Below, piece after piece: positions 61,463 to 64,000 of a DNA stretch of 64,000 nucleotides. Every line of letters starts with the position of its first letter. Position 1 is the first letter of the stretch. The stretch covers positions 16,246,001 to 16,310,000 of the forward strand of contig NC_086109.1 in assembly GCF_963921235.1 (NCBI RefSeq). Reading direction: 5' to 3'. Made by a program: the position numbers and the translations under genes. The notes below the pieces were generated by a model that did no database searches, was not told where the DNA came from, and saw only the letters and a list, made by a program, of their open reading frames with translations. The stretch is from Mobula hypostoma. Its lineage: Eukaryota.

Positions 61463-62159
61463 GTAATGTATGAAAAGTGACAGTCAATATAAATATAACA
61501 ACGCTCATAACAGCAGAGCATATAAGCAAAATATTTGGCTTGCCAGAAAGGGGAAAGTACTGGAAACAATCAACACCTGAGGCATCATCTGTGTAAGGAG
61601 AAGGACAGAGCATAATAGGCAACTGTTGCTACACCTTACGCATACCTAGTGTTCACCTCTGAACACCTAGTTTTCAGTGGTTTCACTTTCTTTTTGCAGC
61701 TTTCTGACCCCTTCGTATCCTGATGGCTTCAGTCTCATAGTTGTTCTATGATGCTGAATGGTCTGCAAGTGGTGCCAGACCACAGGCTGCAGGAACTAAG
61801 GACCTCCTATGGACCCTTTTATGGTGATCTGCTGGTTACCCCATTGCATTTGCAAATGTGTAAGTTTTTTTAAAAAATATAACATTCATGCATTAATATA
61901 GAAATCTAAATTAGAAAAATAATAATTTCATTTCAATCCACATGCAACATATGTAAGTTTAAAACATTGATAAAATAAAGGAATAAGCTTTGTAAAGTTT
62001 GGTGACCCCATTCGAATGATGCAGTAACTATCAGAATCAGGTGTATTGTCACTGACATATGTTGTGAAATTTGTTGTTTTGTGGCAGCAGTACAGTGCAA
62101 GACAGATGAATGGATAAATAGAAAGATAAGGTGAGTCAACAAGGTAGAAGGGGAGTTGT

Positions 62160-64000
62160 GATTGCCTTCTAACACAACTTAGAGGGATTCTCTGGAAAGG
62201 TGGATCTTACCACTGCCAGAGGTTGACCATCCAGAGCCTTAACATCAATACTCTTGCTCAATTTCCAAGTCAGAGTTCTCCATTTTTGAGCCAGAGAGAT
62301 ATCCATGAGGTTCCTGACTGCCCTGGAGTCAATAAATGCCTGAAGTTCATGGGTCTGATATCTCCACAATAAGGAAGCTGGGTGCATTACACAAGTACAA
62401 GAAGGTGCTTGCAGGGAGAATCAACCAGTCGGAATTCACCTTCGTGCTGACAGAGAACCTCTTTAACTGGCTAACTGGGACGCAATGCTGGGAAGTGTTC
62501 TGGATTGCCCTGGTAGAGGCAGGAATCTGCAGCGATCTCGTTCCTCCTCAGGTAGGAGCATGCACCTCCTGGTTAATGAGGGAGAGGGTGAAGACAGGCA
62601 GTGATCTAAGGAGTAGCTTTCTTTCTCTGCACCATTCATCTGCCTAGTTGTCAATTCAAATGGCCAGGTTTATCAGGTCGTTTAGGCTGTCCTACTCATC
62701 ACCCACATCAATCACGCGCAGAACCTCTGTGCTTAGCTCATGCTGGAAAGCTCTCATTCCATCCCGTCTCAACCCCAAGAATGTGGAACTTTATCACATA
62801 GTTCTCTCACTGTCCCTTTCCCTTGGCACAGGTTCAAGAGTTGGTGGGCAGCCTCTGGACCCCGTACAAGAACATCAGAATTTCTCTTGACCTCGTCTAC
62901 AAATTGCTGGGGTGCCTGGGCTGCAGGGGAACCTTGTTCCCATAGAGAATTGAACAAGCTGTGTGGGGGTCCATCTTAGAGATTCACCAATTCATATGTA
63001 GCATCACCAAATCGACCTGACTGGGGTAGGAAGGTCAGCTCACACTATTTAATAAAACTCCTGCAGCCATCGGGGTCACCAGAGTACCTGTCTGGTGAAG
63101 GAGTACTCAGTTCCTGCTCAGGTATTGTCATGGGAGTCAGAGCACAGCGGCTGAGGCTGATGAGACTGTTAAAAAGGAAGATGTGGGCAATACTGGGAGT
63201 GGAACTGACCTGCCTGAAGGCTGTTGAGTTGCGGAAGCGAGAGCAGTGATGGCTGTCACCGGATTCTGGTTGTCGGTAGTAAGCTGCCGAACCACAGCTG
63301 TTAGAGCAGTAATTGCGGCCACCTACTACCAGTTGTCAGTAGCGAGACGCTGAACTGTCGCTATAAGGCCTGGCATTTGTTCTTCCTGCTTGGAATGGGC
63401 CTGCCACTTTGAAAGTAGCTGTTGCGCTGCATGAGAATCTTCAGACAACTTAGATTCTACTGATGTTAGCTTCTCCTCTACGTACTTCGGTCTGGGCTGG
63501 GTTTGTCGTTCTGTGAGTAGCTGTTGCACTGCAAGAGTCAACTCTGCCATTGCAGCCTCGCCTGACGGTATCTTCTCTCCTATCTGACCAATAAATGTCA
63601 GGGCCATGGTCAGCTGTTTTCTCTCAGCTGGGTACATTTTCTTTCTGGTTGAATCTTGCTGACAAGAATGTGCAGTTATGGCCCAAGTGCAGAGAGAGAG
63701 AGACACTGAAACAGCTCACCGGCTTTTAATAAGAACTGTGCAGAATTAAAGGAAGAACAATAAATGCTACGCCAAAACTCTCAAACTGAAAGCTAACACA
63801 TCACTGCAGCTCAGAAACAGTATTTTAACACAAAGTAAGTACCACTCCTTCAGTATCAATCTAAATGGCAGTCTTCTTTCCTGGAACAAGGACAAGGGTA
63901 AGCGGGGAACATTGACGTTCCTGTGCTTTACATCAAGATTCGACAAACCTGAAATGAGTGGAAGGGAGTTAAATACAATCACAATGAAACACTAATTGGC
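62160..64000 (-). mobile_element. Decayed Gypsy element (sushi-like gag and protease); 5' LTR runs off the window
   Basis: gag PDRYSGDPDGCRSFI (about 63050-63100), CCHC remnant CLYQGNPEH (about 62495-62525), protease AFIDSRA..NLMD..ALDG and an LTR-like U5 end near 63660. Confidence 0.8.

Noticed and set aside
62160..63660. Domesticated PEG10/RTL-like gene
   Set aside because: Multiple stops and frameshifts plus an adjacent LTR-like sequence indicate a decayed retrotransposon.

Overview
Vertebrate nuclear DNA, most likely from a cartilaginous fish such as a ray. This is inferred from the repeat content: HE1/V-SINE-like and Deu-domain SINEs, CR1, Rex/Babar, Penelope and Tc1. No complete host protein-coding gene is present, and most long ORFs are transposon-derived. 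The window is a nested transposon landscape. It holds three LTR-bounded Gypsy proviruses with target-site duplications (TSDs), several solo LTRs, a partial Gypsy running off the right end, two young CR1 reverse-transcriptase ORFs, a full-length but dead hAT transposon, two interrupted Tc1 derivatives and an L1 endonuclease fragment. It also holds more than 15 Penelope-derived terminal repeats carrying a minimal hammerhead-ribozyme motif, one of which is intact at about 11096-11131. Non-repeat signals are two candidate minus-strand exons (81 nt and a 29-nt micro-exon with a TACTAAC branch point), which suggest the window lies inside a large gene I cannot identify. There are also CTCF-like sites, four long palindromes and a local templated insertion. 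I found no convincing wholly new system; the best leads are the ribozyme-bearing fold-back mini-elements, the palindromes and the candidate exons. All coordinates and mismatch counts were read by eye.
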